Source: Eledone cirrhosa (lineage: Eukaryota). Taken from it: DNA of 64,000 bases. The stretch covers positions 127,844,001 to 127,908,000 of the forward strand of contig OZ024744.1 of assembly GCA_964016885.1 (NCBI GenBank), in the 5' to 3' direction. Below are positions 38,350 to 50,300 of this stretch, piece after piece (positions within the stretch are counted from its first letter, which is position 1; each line of letters starts with the position of its first letter). Below the pieces are notes generated by a model. The model made no database searches and was not told the origin of the DNA. It was given only the letters and a program-made list of their open reading frames with translations. The position numbers and the translations under genes were made by a program.

Positions 38350-41300
38350 GTTGGGGGTAAGTTAAGTTGGGGGTAAGTTAAGTTGGGGTTAAGTTAAGTT
38401 GGGGTTAAATTAAGTTGAGGTTAAGTTAATTTGGGGTTAAGTTAAGTTGGGGTTAAGTTAAGTTGGGGGTAAGATAAGTTGGGGCTAAGTTAAGTTGGGG
38501 CTAAGTCAAGTTGGGGTTAAGTCAAGTTGGGGTTAAGTCAAGTTGAGGTTAACTTAAGTTGGGTTTAAGTTAAGTTGGGGTTAAGTTAAGTTGGGGTTAA
38601 GGTAAGTTGGGGTTAAGTTAAGTTGGGGCTAAGTTAAGTTGGGGCTAAGTTAAGTTGGGGCTGAGTTAAGTTGGGGTTAAGTTGGGGTTGAGTTAAGTTG
38701 GGGTTAAGTTAAGTTGGGATTAAGTTAAGTTGGGGTTAAGTTAAGTTCGGGTTGAGTTAAGTTGGGGTTAAGTTAAGTTGGGGTTAATTTAAGTTGGGGT
38801 TAAGTTAAGTTGGGGTTAAGATAAGTTGGGGTTAAGTTAAGTTGGGGTTAAGTTAAGTTGGGGTTGAGTTAATTTGGGGTTAAGTTAAGTTGGGGTTAAC
38901 TTAAGTTGGGGTTAAGTTAAGTTGGGGTTAAGTTAAGTTGGGGGTAAGTTAAGTCGGGGTTAAGTTAAGTTGGGGTTAAGTTAAGTTGGGTTTAAGTTAA
39001 GTTGGGGCTAAGTTAAGTTGGGGCTAAGTTAAGTTGGGGCTGAGTTAAGTTGGGGGTAACTTAAGTTGGGTATAAGTTAAGTTGGGGTTAAGTTAAGTTA
39101 GGGTTCAGTTCAGTTGGGGTTAAGTTAAGTTGGGGTTAAGTTAAGCTGGGGTTAAGTTAAGTTGGGGTTAATTTAAGTTGGGGTTAAGTTAAGTTGGGGT
39201 TGAGTTAAGTTGGGGTTGAGTTAAGTTGGGGTTAATTTAAGTTGGGGTTAAGTTAAGTTGGGGTTAAGTTAAGTTGGGGTTAAGTTAAGTTGGGGGTAAG
39301 TTAAGTTGGGGGCAAGTTAAGTTGGGGTTAAGTTAAGTTGGGGTTAAGTTAAGTTGGGGTTAAGTTAAGTTAGGGTTAATTTCAGTTGGGGTTAAGTTAA
39401 GTTGGGGTTAAGTTAAGTTAGGGTTAATTTAAGTTGGGGTTATGTTAAGTTGGGGTTAAGTTAAGTTGGGGTTAAGTTAAGTTGGTGTTAAGTAAAGTTG
39501 GGGTTAAGTTAAGTTGGGGTTAAGTTAAGTTGGTGTTAAGTAAAGTTGGGCTTAAGTTAAGTTGGGTTTGAGTTAAGTTGGGGCTAAGTTAAGTTAGGGC
39601 TAAGTTAAGTTGGGGTTAAGTTAAGTTGGGGCTAGGTTAAGTTGGGTCTAAGTTAAGTTGGGGTTAAGTTAAGTTGGGGTTAAGTTCAGTTGGGGTTAAA
39701 TTAAGTTGGGGTTAAGTTAAGTTGGCGTTAAGCTAAGTTGTGGTTAAGTTAATTTGCGGTTAAGTTAGGTTGTGGGTTAAGTTAAGTTGGGGGTAAGTTA
39801 AGTTGGGGGTAAGTTAAGTTGGGGTTAATTTAAGTTGGGGTTAAGTTAAGTTGGGGTTAAGTTAAGTTGGGGTTAAGTTAAGTTGGGGTTAAGTTAAGTT
39901 GGCGTTAATTTAACTTGGGGTAAAGTTAAGTTGGGGTTAAGTTAAGTTGGGGTTAAGTTAAGTTGGGGTTAAGTCAAGTTGGGGTTAAGTCAAGTTGGGG
40001 TTAAGTCAAGTTGGGGTTAAGTTAAGTTGGGGTTAAGTTAAGTTGGGGGTAAGTTAAGTTGGGTGTAAGTTAAGTTGGGGTTAAGTTAAAATGTGGTTAA
40101 GTTCAGTTGGGGTTAAGTTAAGTTGGGGTTAAGTTAATTTGGGGGTAAGTTAAGTTGGGGGCAAGTTAAGTTGGGGTTAAGTTAAGTTGGGGTTAAGTTA
40201 AGTTGGGGTTAAGTTAAGTTGGGGTTAAGTTAAGTTGGGGTTAAGTTAAGTTGGGGTTAAGTTAAGTTAGGGTTAATTTCAGTTGGGGTTATGTTAAGTT
40301 GGGGTTAAGTTAAGTTGGGGTTAAGTTAAAGTTGGGGTTAAGTTAAGTTGGGGTAAAGTTAAGTTAGGGTTAAGTTGAGTTGGGGTTAAGTTAAGTTGGG
40401 GTTAAATTAAGTTGGGGTTAAGTTAAGTTGGGGTTAAGGTAAGTTGGGGTTAAATTAAGTTGGGGTTCAGTTAAGTTGGGGTTAAATTAAGTTGGGGTTA
40501 AGTTAAGTTGGGGTTAGTTAAGTTGGGGTTAAGTTAAGTTGGGGTTAAGTTAAGTTGGGGTTAAGTTAAGTTGGGGTTAAGTTAAGTTGGCGTTAAGTTA
40601 AGTTGGGGTTAAGTTAAGTTGGGGTTAAATTAAGTTGGGGTTAAGTTAAGTTGGGGTTAATTTAAGTTGGGGTTAAGTTAAGTTGGGGTTAAGTTAAGTT
40701 GGAGTTAAGTCAAGTTGGGGTTAAGTCAAGTTGCGGTTAAGTCAAGTTGTGGTTAAGTCAAGTTGGGGTTAAGTTAAGTTGGGGTTAAGTTAAGTTGGGG
40801 TTAACTTAAGTTGGGGTTAAGTTGGGGTTAAGTTAAGTTGGGGTTAAATTAAGTTGGGGGTTAGTTAAGTTGGGGCAAGTTAAGTTGGGGTTAATTTAAG
40901 TTGGGGTTAAGTTAAGTTGGGGTTATGTTAAGTTGGGGTTAAGTTAAGTTGGGGTTAAGTTAAGTTGGGGGTAAGTTAAGTTGGGGTTAAGTTAAGTTGG
41001 GGGTAAGTTAAGTTGAGGGTAAGTTAAGTTGGGGTTAAGTTAAGTTGGGGTTAAATTAAGTTGAGGTTAAGTTAAGTTGGGGTTAAGTTAAGTTGGGGGT
41101 AAGATAAGTTGGGGGTAAGATAAGTTGGGGCTAAGTTAAGTAGGGGCTAAGTCAAGTTGGGGTTAATTCAAGTTGAGGTTAACTTAAGTTGGGGTTAAGT
41201 TAAGTTGGGGTTAATTTAAGTTGGGGTTAAGTTAAGTTGGGGTTAAGATAAGTTGGGGTTAAGTTAAGTTGGGGTTAAGTTAAGTTGGGGTTGAGTTAAT

Positions 41301-44300
41301 TTGGGGTTAAGTTAAGTTGGGGTTAACTTAAGTTGGGGTTAAGTTGGGGTTAAGTTAAGTTGGGGGTAGGTTAAGTTGGGGGCAAGTTTAGTTGGGGTTA
41401 AGTTAAGTTGGGGTTACGGTAAGTTGGGCGTAAGTTAAGTCGGGGTTAAGTTAAGTTGGGGTTAAGTTAAGTTGGGTTTAAGTTAAGTTGGTGCTAAGTT
41501 AAGTTGGAGCTAAGTTAAGTTGGGGCTGAGTTAAGTTGGGGGTAAGTTAAGTTGGGGTTAAGTTAAGTTGGGGTTCAGTTAAGTTGGGGTTAAGTTAAGT
41601 TGGGGTTAAGTTAAGCTGGGGTTAAGTTAAGTTGGGGTTAAGTTAAGTTGGGGTTAAGTTAAGTTGGGGTTAAGTTAAGTTGGGGTTGAGTTAAGTTGGG
41701 GTTGAGTTAAGTTGGGGTTAAGTTAAGTTGGGGTTAAGTTAAGTTGGGGTTAAGTTAAGTTGGGGTTAAGTTAAGTTGGGGTTAAGTTAAGTTGGGGGTA
41801 AGTTAAGTTGGGGGCAAGTTAAGTTGGGGTTAAGTTAAGTTGGGGTTAAGTTAAGTTGGGGTTAAGTTAAGTTAGGGTTAATTTCAGTTGGGGTTATGTT
41901 AAGTTGGGGTTAAGTTAAGTTGGGGTTAAGTTAAAGTTGGGGTTAAGTTAAGTTGGGGTAAAGTTAAGTTAGGGTTAAGTTAAGTTGGGGTTAAGTTAAG
42001 TTGGGGTTAAATTAAGTTGGGGTTAAGTTAAGTTGGGGTTAAGTTAAGCTGGGGTTAAATTAAGTTGGGGTTCAGTTAAGTTGGGGTTAAATTAAGTTGG
42101 GGTTAAGTTAAGTTGGGGTTAGTTAAGTTGGGGTTAAGTTAAGTTGGGGTTAAGTTAAGTTGGGGTTAAGTTAAGTTGGGGTTAAATTAAGTTGGGGTTA
42201 AGTTAAGTTGGGGTTAAGTTAAGTTGGGGTTAAGTTAAGTTAGGGTTAATTTCAGTTGGGGTTATGTTAAGTTGGGGTTAAGTTAAGTTGGGGTTAAGTT
42301 AAGTTGGCGTAAAGTTAAGTTAGGGTTAAGTTAAGTTGGGGTTAAGTTAAGTTGGGGTTAAATTAAGTTGGGGTTAAGTTAAGTTGGGGTTAAGTTAAGT
42401 TAGGGTTAAATTAAATTGGGGTTCAGTTAAGTTGGGGTTAAATTAAGTTGGGGTTAAGTTAAGTTGGGGTTAGTTAAGTTGGGGTTAAGTTAAGTTGGCG
42501 TTAAGTTAAGTTGGGGTTAAGTTAAGTTGGCGTTAAGTTAAGTTGGGGTTAAGTTAAGTTGGGGTTAAGTTAAGTTGGGGTTAAGTTAAGTTGGGGTTAA
42601 TTTAAGTTGGGGTTAAGTTAAGTTGGGGTTAAGTTAAGTTGGAGTTAAGTCAAGTTGGTGTTAAGTCAAGTTGGGGTTAAGTCAAGTTGGGGTTAAGTCA
42701 AGTTGGGGTTAAGTTAAGTTGGGGTTAAGTTAAGTTGGGGTTAAGTTAAGTTGGGGGTAAGTTAAGTTGGGTGTAAGTTAAGTTGGGGTTAAGTTAAGTT
42801 GGGGTTCAGTTCAGTTGGGGTTAAGTTAAGTTGGGGTTAAGTTAAGCTGGGGGTAAGTTAAGTTGGGGTTAAGTTAAGTTGGGGTTAAGTTAAGTTGGGG
42901 TTAAGTTAAGTTGGGGTTCAGTTAAGTTGGGGTTAAGTTAATTTGGGGCTGAGTTAAGTTGGGGTTAAGTTAAGTTCGGGTTGAGTTAAGTTGGGGTTAA
43001 GTTAAGTTGGGGTTAAGTTAAGTTGGCGTTAAGTTAAGTTGGGGTTAAGATAAGTTGGGGTTAAGTTAAGTTGGGGTTAATTTAAGTTGGGGTTGAGTTA
43101 ATTTGGGTTTAAGTTAAGTTAGCCTTAACTTAAGTTGGGGTTAAGTTAAGTTGGGGTTAAGTTAAGTTGGGGGTAAGTTAAGTTGGGGGCAAGTTAAGTT
43201 GGGGTTAATTTAAGTTGGGGTTAAGTTAAGTTGGGGTTAAGTTAAGTTGGGGGTAACTTAAGTTGGGGTTAAGTTAAGTTGAGGGTATGTTAAGTTGAGG
43301 TTAAGTTAAGTTGGGGTTAAGTTAAGTTGGGGTTAAGTTAAGTTGGGGGTAAGATAAGTTGGGGCTAAGTTAAGTTGGGGCTAAGTCAAGTTGGGGTTAA
43401 GTCAAGTTGGGGTTAAGTCAAGTTGAGGTTAACTTAAGTTGGGTTTAAGTTAAGTTGGGGTTAAGTTAAGTTGGGGTTAAGGTAAGTTGGGGTTAAGTTA
43501 AGTTGGGGCTAAGTTAAGTTGGGGCTAAGTTAAGTTGGGGCTGAGTTAAGTTGGGGTTAAGTTGGGGTTGAGTTAAGTTGGGGTTAAGTTAAGTTGGGAT
43601 TAAGTTAAGTTGGGGTTAAGTTAAGTTCGGGTTGAGTTAAGTTGGGGTTAAGTTAAGTTGGGGTTAATTTAAGTTGGGGTTAAGTTAAGTTGGGGTTAAG
43701 ATAAGTTGGGGTTAAGTTAAGTTGGGGTTAAGTTAAGTTGGGGTTGAGTTAATTTGGGGTTAAGTTAAGTTGGGGTTAACTTAAGTTGGGGTTAAGTTAA
43801 GTTGGGGTTAAGTTAAGTTGGGGGTAAGTTAAGTCGGGGTTAAGTTAAGTTGGGGTTAAGTTAAGTTGGGTTTAAGTTAAGTTGGGGCTAAGTTAAGTTG
43901 GGGCTAAGTTAAGTTGGGGCTGAGTTAAGTTGGGGGTAACTTAAGTTGGGTATAAGTTAAGTTGGGGTTAAGTTAAGTTGGGGTTCAGTTCAGTTGGGGT
44001 TAAGTTAAGTTGGGGTTAAGTTAAGCTGGGGTTAAGTTAAGTTGGGGTTAATTTAAGTTGGGGTTAAGTTAAGTTGGGGTTGAGTTAAGTTGGGGTTGAG
44101 TTAAGTTGGGGTTAATTTAAGTTGGGGTTAAGTTAAGTTGGGGTTAAGTTAAGTTGGGGTTAAGTTAAGTTGGGGGTAAGTTAAGTTGGGGTTAAGTTAA
44201 GTTGGGGTTAAGTTAAGTTGGGGTTAAGTTAAGTTAGGGTTAATTTCAGTTGGGGTTAAGTTAAGTTGGGGTTAAGTTAAGTTAGGGTTAATTTAAGTTG

Positions 44301-47300
44301 GGGTTATGTTAAGTTGGGGTTAAGTTAAGTTGGGGTTAAGTTAAGTTGGTGTTAAGTAAAGTTGGGGTTAAGTTAAGTTGGGGTTAAGTTAAGTTGGTGT
44401 TAAGTAAAGTTGGGCTTAAGTTAAGTTGGGTTTGAGTTAAGTTGGGGCTAAGTTAAGTTAGGGCTAAGTTAAGTTGGGGTTAAGTTAAGTTGGGGCTAGG
44501 TTAAGTTGGGTCTAAGTTAAGTTGGGGTTAAGTTAAGTTGGGGTTAAGTTCAGTTGGGGTTAAATTAAGTTGGGGTTAAGTTAAGTTGGCGTTAAGCTAA
44601 GTTGGGGTTAAGTTAATTTGCGGTTAAGTTAGGTTGTGGGTTAAGTTAAGTTGGGGGTAAGTTAAGTTGGGGGTAAGTTAAGTTGGGGTTAATTTAAGTT
44701 GGGGTTAAGTTAAGTTGGGGTTAAGTTAAGTTGGGGTTAAGTTAAGTTGGGGTTAAGTTAAGTTGGCGTTAATTTAACTTGGGGTAAAGTTAAGTTGGGG
44801 TTAAGTTAAGTTGGGGTTAAGTTAAGTTGGGGTTAAGTCAAGTTGGGGTTAAGTCAAGTTGGGGTTAAGTCAAGTTGGGGTTAAGTTAAGTTGGGGTTAA
44901 GTTAAGTTGGGGGTAAGTTAAGTTGGGTGTAAGTTAAGTTGGGGTTAAGTTAAAATGTTGTTAAGTTCAGTTGGGGTTAAGTTAAGTTGGGGTTAAGTTA
45001 AGTTGGGGGTAAGTTAAGTTGGGGGCAAGTTAAGTTGGGTTTAAGTTAAGTTGGGGTTAAGTTAAGTTGGGGTTAAGTTAAGTTGGGGTTAAGTTAAGTT
45101 GGGGTTAAGTTAAGTTGGGGTTAAGTTAAGTTAGGGTTAATTTCAGTTGGGGTTATGTTAAGTTGGGGTTAAGTTAAGTTGGGGTTAAGTTAAAGTTGGG
45201 GTTAAGTTAAGTTGGGGTAAAGTTAAGTTGGGGTTAAGGTAAGTTGGGGTTAAATTAAGTTGGGGTTCAGTTAAGTTGGGGTTAAATTAAGTTGGGGTTA
45301 AGTTAAGTTGGGGTTAGTTAAGTTGGGGTTAAGTTAAGTTGGGGTTAAGTTAAGTTGGGGTTAAGTTAAGTTGGGGTTAAGTTAAGTTGGCGTTAAGTTA
45401 AGTTGGGGTTAAGTTAAGTTGGGGTTAAATTAAGTTGGGGTTAAGTTAAGTTGGGGTTAATTTAAGTTGGGGTTAAGTTAAGTTGGGGTTAAGTTAAGTT
45501 GGAGTTAAGTCAAGTTGGGGTTAAGTCAAGTTGCGGTTAAGTCAAGTTGTGGTTAAGTCAAGTTGGGGTTAAGTTAAGTTGGGGTTAAGTTAAGTTGGGG
45601 TTAACTTAAGTTGGGGTTAAGTTGGGGTTAAGTTAAGTTGGGGTTAAATTAAGTTGGGGGTTAGTTAAGTTGGGGCAAGTTAAGTTGGGGTTAATTTAAG
45701 TTGGGGTTAAGTTAAGTTGGGGTTATGTTAAGTTGGGGTTAAGTTAAGTTGGGGTTAAGTTAAGTTGGGGGTAAGTTAAGTTGGGGTTAAGTTAAGTTGG
45801 GGGTAAGTTAAGTTGAGGGTAAGTTAAGTTGGGGTTAAGTTAAGTTGGGGTTAAATTAAGTTGAGGTTAAGTTAAGTTGGGGTTAAGTTAAGTTGGGGGT
45901 AAGATAAGTTGGGGCTAAGTTAAGTTGGGGCTAAGTCAAGTTGGGGTTAATTCAAGTTGAGGTTAACTTAAGTTGGGGTTAAGTTAAGTTGGGGTTAATT
46001 TAAGTTGGGGTTAAGTTAAGTTGGGGTGAAGATAAGTTGGGGTTAAGTTAAGTTGGGGTTAAGTTAGTTGGGGTTGAGTTAATTTGGGGTTAAGTTAAGT
46101 TGGGGTTAACTTAAGTTGGGGTTAAGTTGGGGTTAAGTTAAGTTGGGGGTAGGTTAAGTTGGGGGCAAGTTTAGTTGGGGTTAAGTTAAGTTGGGGTTAC
46201 GTTAAGTTGGGCGTAAGTTAAGTCGGGGTTAAGTTAAGTTGGGGTTAAGTTAAGTTGGGTTTAAGTTAAGTTGGTGCTAAGTTAAGTTGGAGCTAAGTTA
46301 AGTTGGGGCTGAGTTAAGTTGGGGGTAAGTTAAGTTGGGGTTAAGTTAAGTTGGGGTTCAGTTAAGTTGGGGTTAAGTTAAGTTGGGGTTAAGTTAAGCT
46401 GGGGTTAAGTTAAGTTGGGGTTAAGTTAAGTTGGGGTTAAGTTAAGTTGGGGTTAAGTTAAGTTGGGGTTGAGTTAAGTTGGGGTTGAGTTAAGTTGGGG
46501 TTAAGTTAAGTTGGGGTTAAGTTAAGTTGGGGTTAAGTTAAGTTGGGGTTAAGTTAAGTTGGGGTTAAGTTAAGTTGGGGGTAAGTTAAGTTGGGGGCAA
46601 GTTAAGTTGGGGTTAAGTTAAGTTGGGGTTAAGTTAAGTTGGGGTTAAGTTAAGTTAGGGTTAATTTCAGTTGGGGTTATGTTAAGTTGGGGTTAAGTTA
46701 AGTTGGGGTTAAGTTAAATTTGGGGTTAAGTTAAGTTGGGGTAAAGTTAAGTTAGGGTTAAGTTAAGTTGGGGTTAAGTTAAGTTGGGGTTAAATTAAGT
46801 TGGGGTTAAGTTAAGTTGGGGTTAAGTTAAGCTGGGGTTAAATTAAGTTGGGGTTCAGTTAAGTTGGGGTTAAATTAAGTTGGGGTTAAGTTAAGTTGGG
46901 GTTAGTTAAGTTGGGGTTAAGTTAAGTTCGGGTTAAGTTAAGTTGGGGTTAAGTTAAGTTGGGGTTAAATTAAGTTGGGGTTAAGTTAAGTTGGGGTTAA
47001 GTTAAGTTGGGGTTAAGTTAAGTTAGGGTTAATTTCAGTTGGGGTTATGTTAAGTTGGGGTTAAGTTAAGTTGGGGTTAAGTTAAGTTGGCGTAAAGTTA
47101 AGTTAGGGTTAAGTTAAGTTGGGGTTAAGTTAAGTTGGGGTTAAATTAAGTTGGGGTTAAGTTAAGTTGGGGTTAAGTTAAGTTAGGGTTAAATTAAGTT
47201 GGGGTTCAGTTAAGTTGGGGTTAAATTAAGTTGGGGTTAAGTTAAGTTGGGGTTAGTTAAGTTGGGGTTAAGTTAAGTTGGCGTTAAGTTAAGTTGGGGT

Positions 47301-50300
47301 TAAGTTAAGTTGGCGTTAAGTTAAGTTGGGGTTAAGTTAAGTTGGGGTTAAGTTAAGTTGGGGTTAAGTTAAGTTGGGGTTAATTTAAGTTGGGGTTAAG
47401 TTAAGTTGGGGTTAAGTTAAGTTGGAGTTAAGTCAAGTTGGTGTTAAGTCAAGTTGGGGTTAAGTCAAGTTGGGGTTAAGTTAAGTTGGGGTTAAGTTAA
47501 GTTGGGGTTAAGTTAAGTTGGGGGTAAGTTAAGTTGGGTGTAAGTTAAGTTGGGGTTAAGTTAAGTTGGGGTTCAGTTCAGTTGGGGTTAAGTTAAGTTG
47601 GGGTTAAGTTAAGCTGGGGGTAAGTTAAGTTGGGGTTAAGTTAAGTTGGGGTTAAGTTAAGTTGGGGTTAAGTTAAGTTGGGGTTCAGTTAAGTTGGGGT
47701 TAAGTTAATTTGGGGCTGAGTTAAGTTGGGGTTAAGTTAAGTTCGGGTTGAGTTAAGTTGGGGTTAAGTTAAGTTGGGGTTAAGTTAAGTTGGGGTTAAG
47801 TTAAGTTGGGGTTAAGATAAGTTGGGGTTAAGTTAAGTTGGGGTTAATTTAAGTTGGGGTTGAGTTAATTTGGGTTTAAGTTAAGTTAGCCTTAACTTAA
47901 GTTGGGGTTAAGTTAAGTTGGGGTTAAGTTAAGTTGGGGGTAAGTTAAGTTGGGGGCAAGTTAAGTTGGGGTTAATTTAAGTTGGGGTTAAGTTAAGTTG
48001 GGGTTAAGTTAAGTTGGGGGTAACTTAAGTTGGGGTTAAATTAAGTTGGGGTTCAGTTAAGTTGGGGTTAAATTAAGTTGGGGTTAAGTTAAGTTAGGGT
48101 TAATTTCAGTTGGGGTTATGTTAAGTTGGGGTTAAGTTAAGTTGGGGTTAAGTTAAAGTTGGGGTTAAGTTAAGTTGGGGTAAAGTTAAGTTAGGGTTAA
48201 GTTGAGTTGGGGTTAAGTTAAGTTGGGGTTAAATTAAGTTGGGGTTAAGTTAAGTTGGGGTTAAGGTAAGTTGGGGTTAAATTAAGTTGGGGTTCAGTTA
48301 AGTTGGGGTTAAATTAAGTTGGGGTTAAGTTAAGTTGGGGTTAGTTAAGTTGGGGTTAAGTTAAGTTGGGGTTAAGTTAAGTTGGGGTTAAGTTAAGTTG
48401 GGGTTAAGTTAAGTTGGCGTTAAGTTAAGTTGGGGTTAAGTTAAGTTGGGGTTAAATTAAGTTGGGGTTAAGTTAAGTTGGGGTTAATTTAAGTTGGGGT
48501 TAAGTTAAGTTGGGGTTAAGTTAAGTTGGAGTTAAGTCAAGTTGGGGTTAAGTCAAGTTGCGGTTAAGTCAAGTTGTGGTTAAGTCAAGTTGGGGTTAAG
48601 TTAAGTTGGGGTTAAGTTAAGTTGGGGTTAACTTAAGTTGGGGTTAAGTTGGGGTTAAGTTAAGTTGGGGTTAAATTAAGTTGGGGGTTAGTTAAGTTGG
48701 GGCAAGTTAAGTTGGGGTTAATTTAAGTTGGGGTTAAGTTAAGTTGGGGTTATGTTAAGTTGGGGTTAAGTTAAGTTGGGGTTAAGTTAAGTTGGGGGTA
48801 AGTTAAGTTGGGGTTAAGTTAAGTTGGGGGTAAGTTAAGTTGAGGGTAAGTTAAGTTGGGGTTAAGTTAAGTTGGGGTTAAATTAAGTTGAGGTTAAGTT
48901 AAGTTGGGGTTAAGTTAAGTTGGGGGTAAGATAAGTTGGGGGTAAGATAAGTTGGGGCTAAGTTAAGTAGGGGCTAAGTCAAGTTGGGGTTAATTCAAGT
49001 TGAGGTTAACTTAAGTTGGGGTTAAGTTAAGTTGGGGTTAATTTAAGTTGGGGTTAAGTTAAGTTGGGGTTAAGATAAGTTGGGGTTAAGTTAAGTTGGG
49101 GTTAAGTTAAGTTGGGGTTGAGTTAATTTGGGGTTAAGTTAAGTTGGGGTTAACTTAAGTTGGGGTTAAGTTGGGGTTAAGTTAAGTTGGGGGTAGGTTA
49201 AGTTGGGGGCAAGTTTAGTTGGGGTTAAGTTAAGTTGGGGTTACGGTAAGTTGGGCGTAAGTTAAGTCGGGGTTAAGTTAAGTTGGGGTTAAGTTAAGTT
49301 GGGTTTAAGTTAAGTTGGTGCTAAGTTAAGTTGGAGCTAAGTTAAGTTGGGGCTGAGTTAAGTTGGGGGTAAGTTAAGTTGGGGTTAAGTTAAGTTGGGG
49401 TTCAGTTAAGTTGGGGTTAAGTTAAGTTGGGGTTAAGTTAAGCTGGGGTTAAGTTAAGTTGGGGTTAAGTTAAGTTGGGGTTAAGTTAAGTTGGGGTTAA
49501 GTTAAGTTGGGGTTGAGTTAAGTTGGGGTTGAGTTAAGTTGGGGTTAAGTTAAGTTGGGGTTAAGTTAAGTTGGGGTTAAGTTAAGTTGGGGTTAAGTTA
49601 AGTTGGGGTTAAGTTAAGTTGGGGGTAAGTTAAGTTGGGGGCAAGTTAAGTTGGGGTTAAGTTAAGTTGGGGTTAAGTTAAGTTGGGGTTAAGTTAAGTT
49701 AGGGTTAATTTCAGTTGGGGTTATGTTAAGTTGGGGTTAAGTTAAGTTGGGGTTAAGTTAAAGTTGGGGTTAAGTTAAGTTGGGGTAAAGTTAAGTTAGG
49801 GTTAAGTTAAGTTGGGGTTAAGTTAAGTTGGGGTTAAATTAAGTTGGGGTTAAGTTAAGTTGGGGTTAAGTTAAGCTGGGGTTAAATTAAGTTGGGGTTC
49901 AGTTAAGTTGGGGTTAAATTAAGTTGGGGTTAAGTTAAGTTGGGGTTAGTTAAGTTGGGGTTAAGTTAAGTTGGGGTTAAGTTAAGTTGGGGTTAAGTTA
50001 AGTTGGGGTTAAATTAAGTTGGGGTTAAGTTAAGTTGGGGTTAAGTTAAGTTGGGGTTAAGTTAAGTTAGGGTTAATTTCAGTTGGGGTTATGTTAAGTT
50101 GGGGTTAAGTTAAGTTGGGGTTAAGTTAAGTTGGCGTAAAGTTAAGTTAGGGTTAAGTTAAGTTGGGGTTAAGTTAAGTTGGGGTTAAATTAAGTTGGGG
50201 TTAAGTTAAGTTGGGGTTAAGTTAAGTTAGGGTTAAATTAAATTGGGGTTCAGTTAAGTTGGGGTTAAATTAAGTTGGGGTTAAGTTAAGTTGGGGTTAG

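Noticed and set aside
40085-40110. AAAATGTGG (also TTAACATGGGGG at 31225 and TTAACAAGGGG at ~63268) as foreign insertion, TE footprint or start codon
   Set aside because: Monomer length is preserved, so these are clustered substitutions. The ATG is followed by a stop within a few codons.
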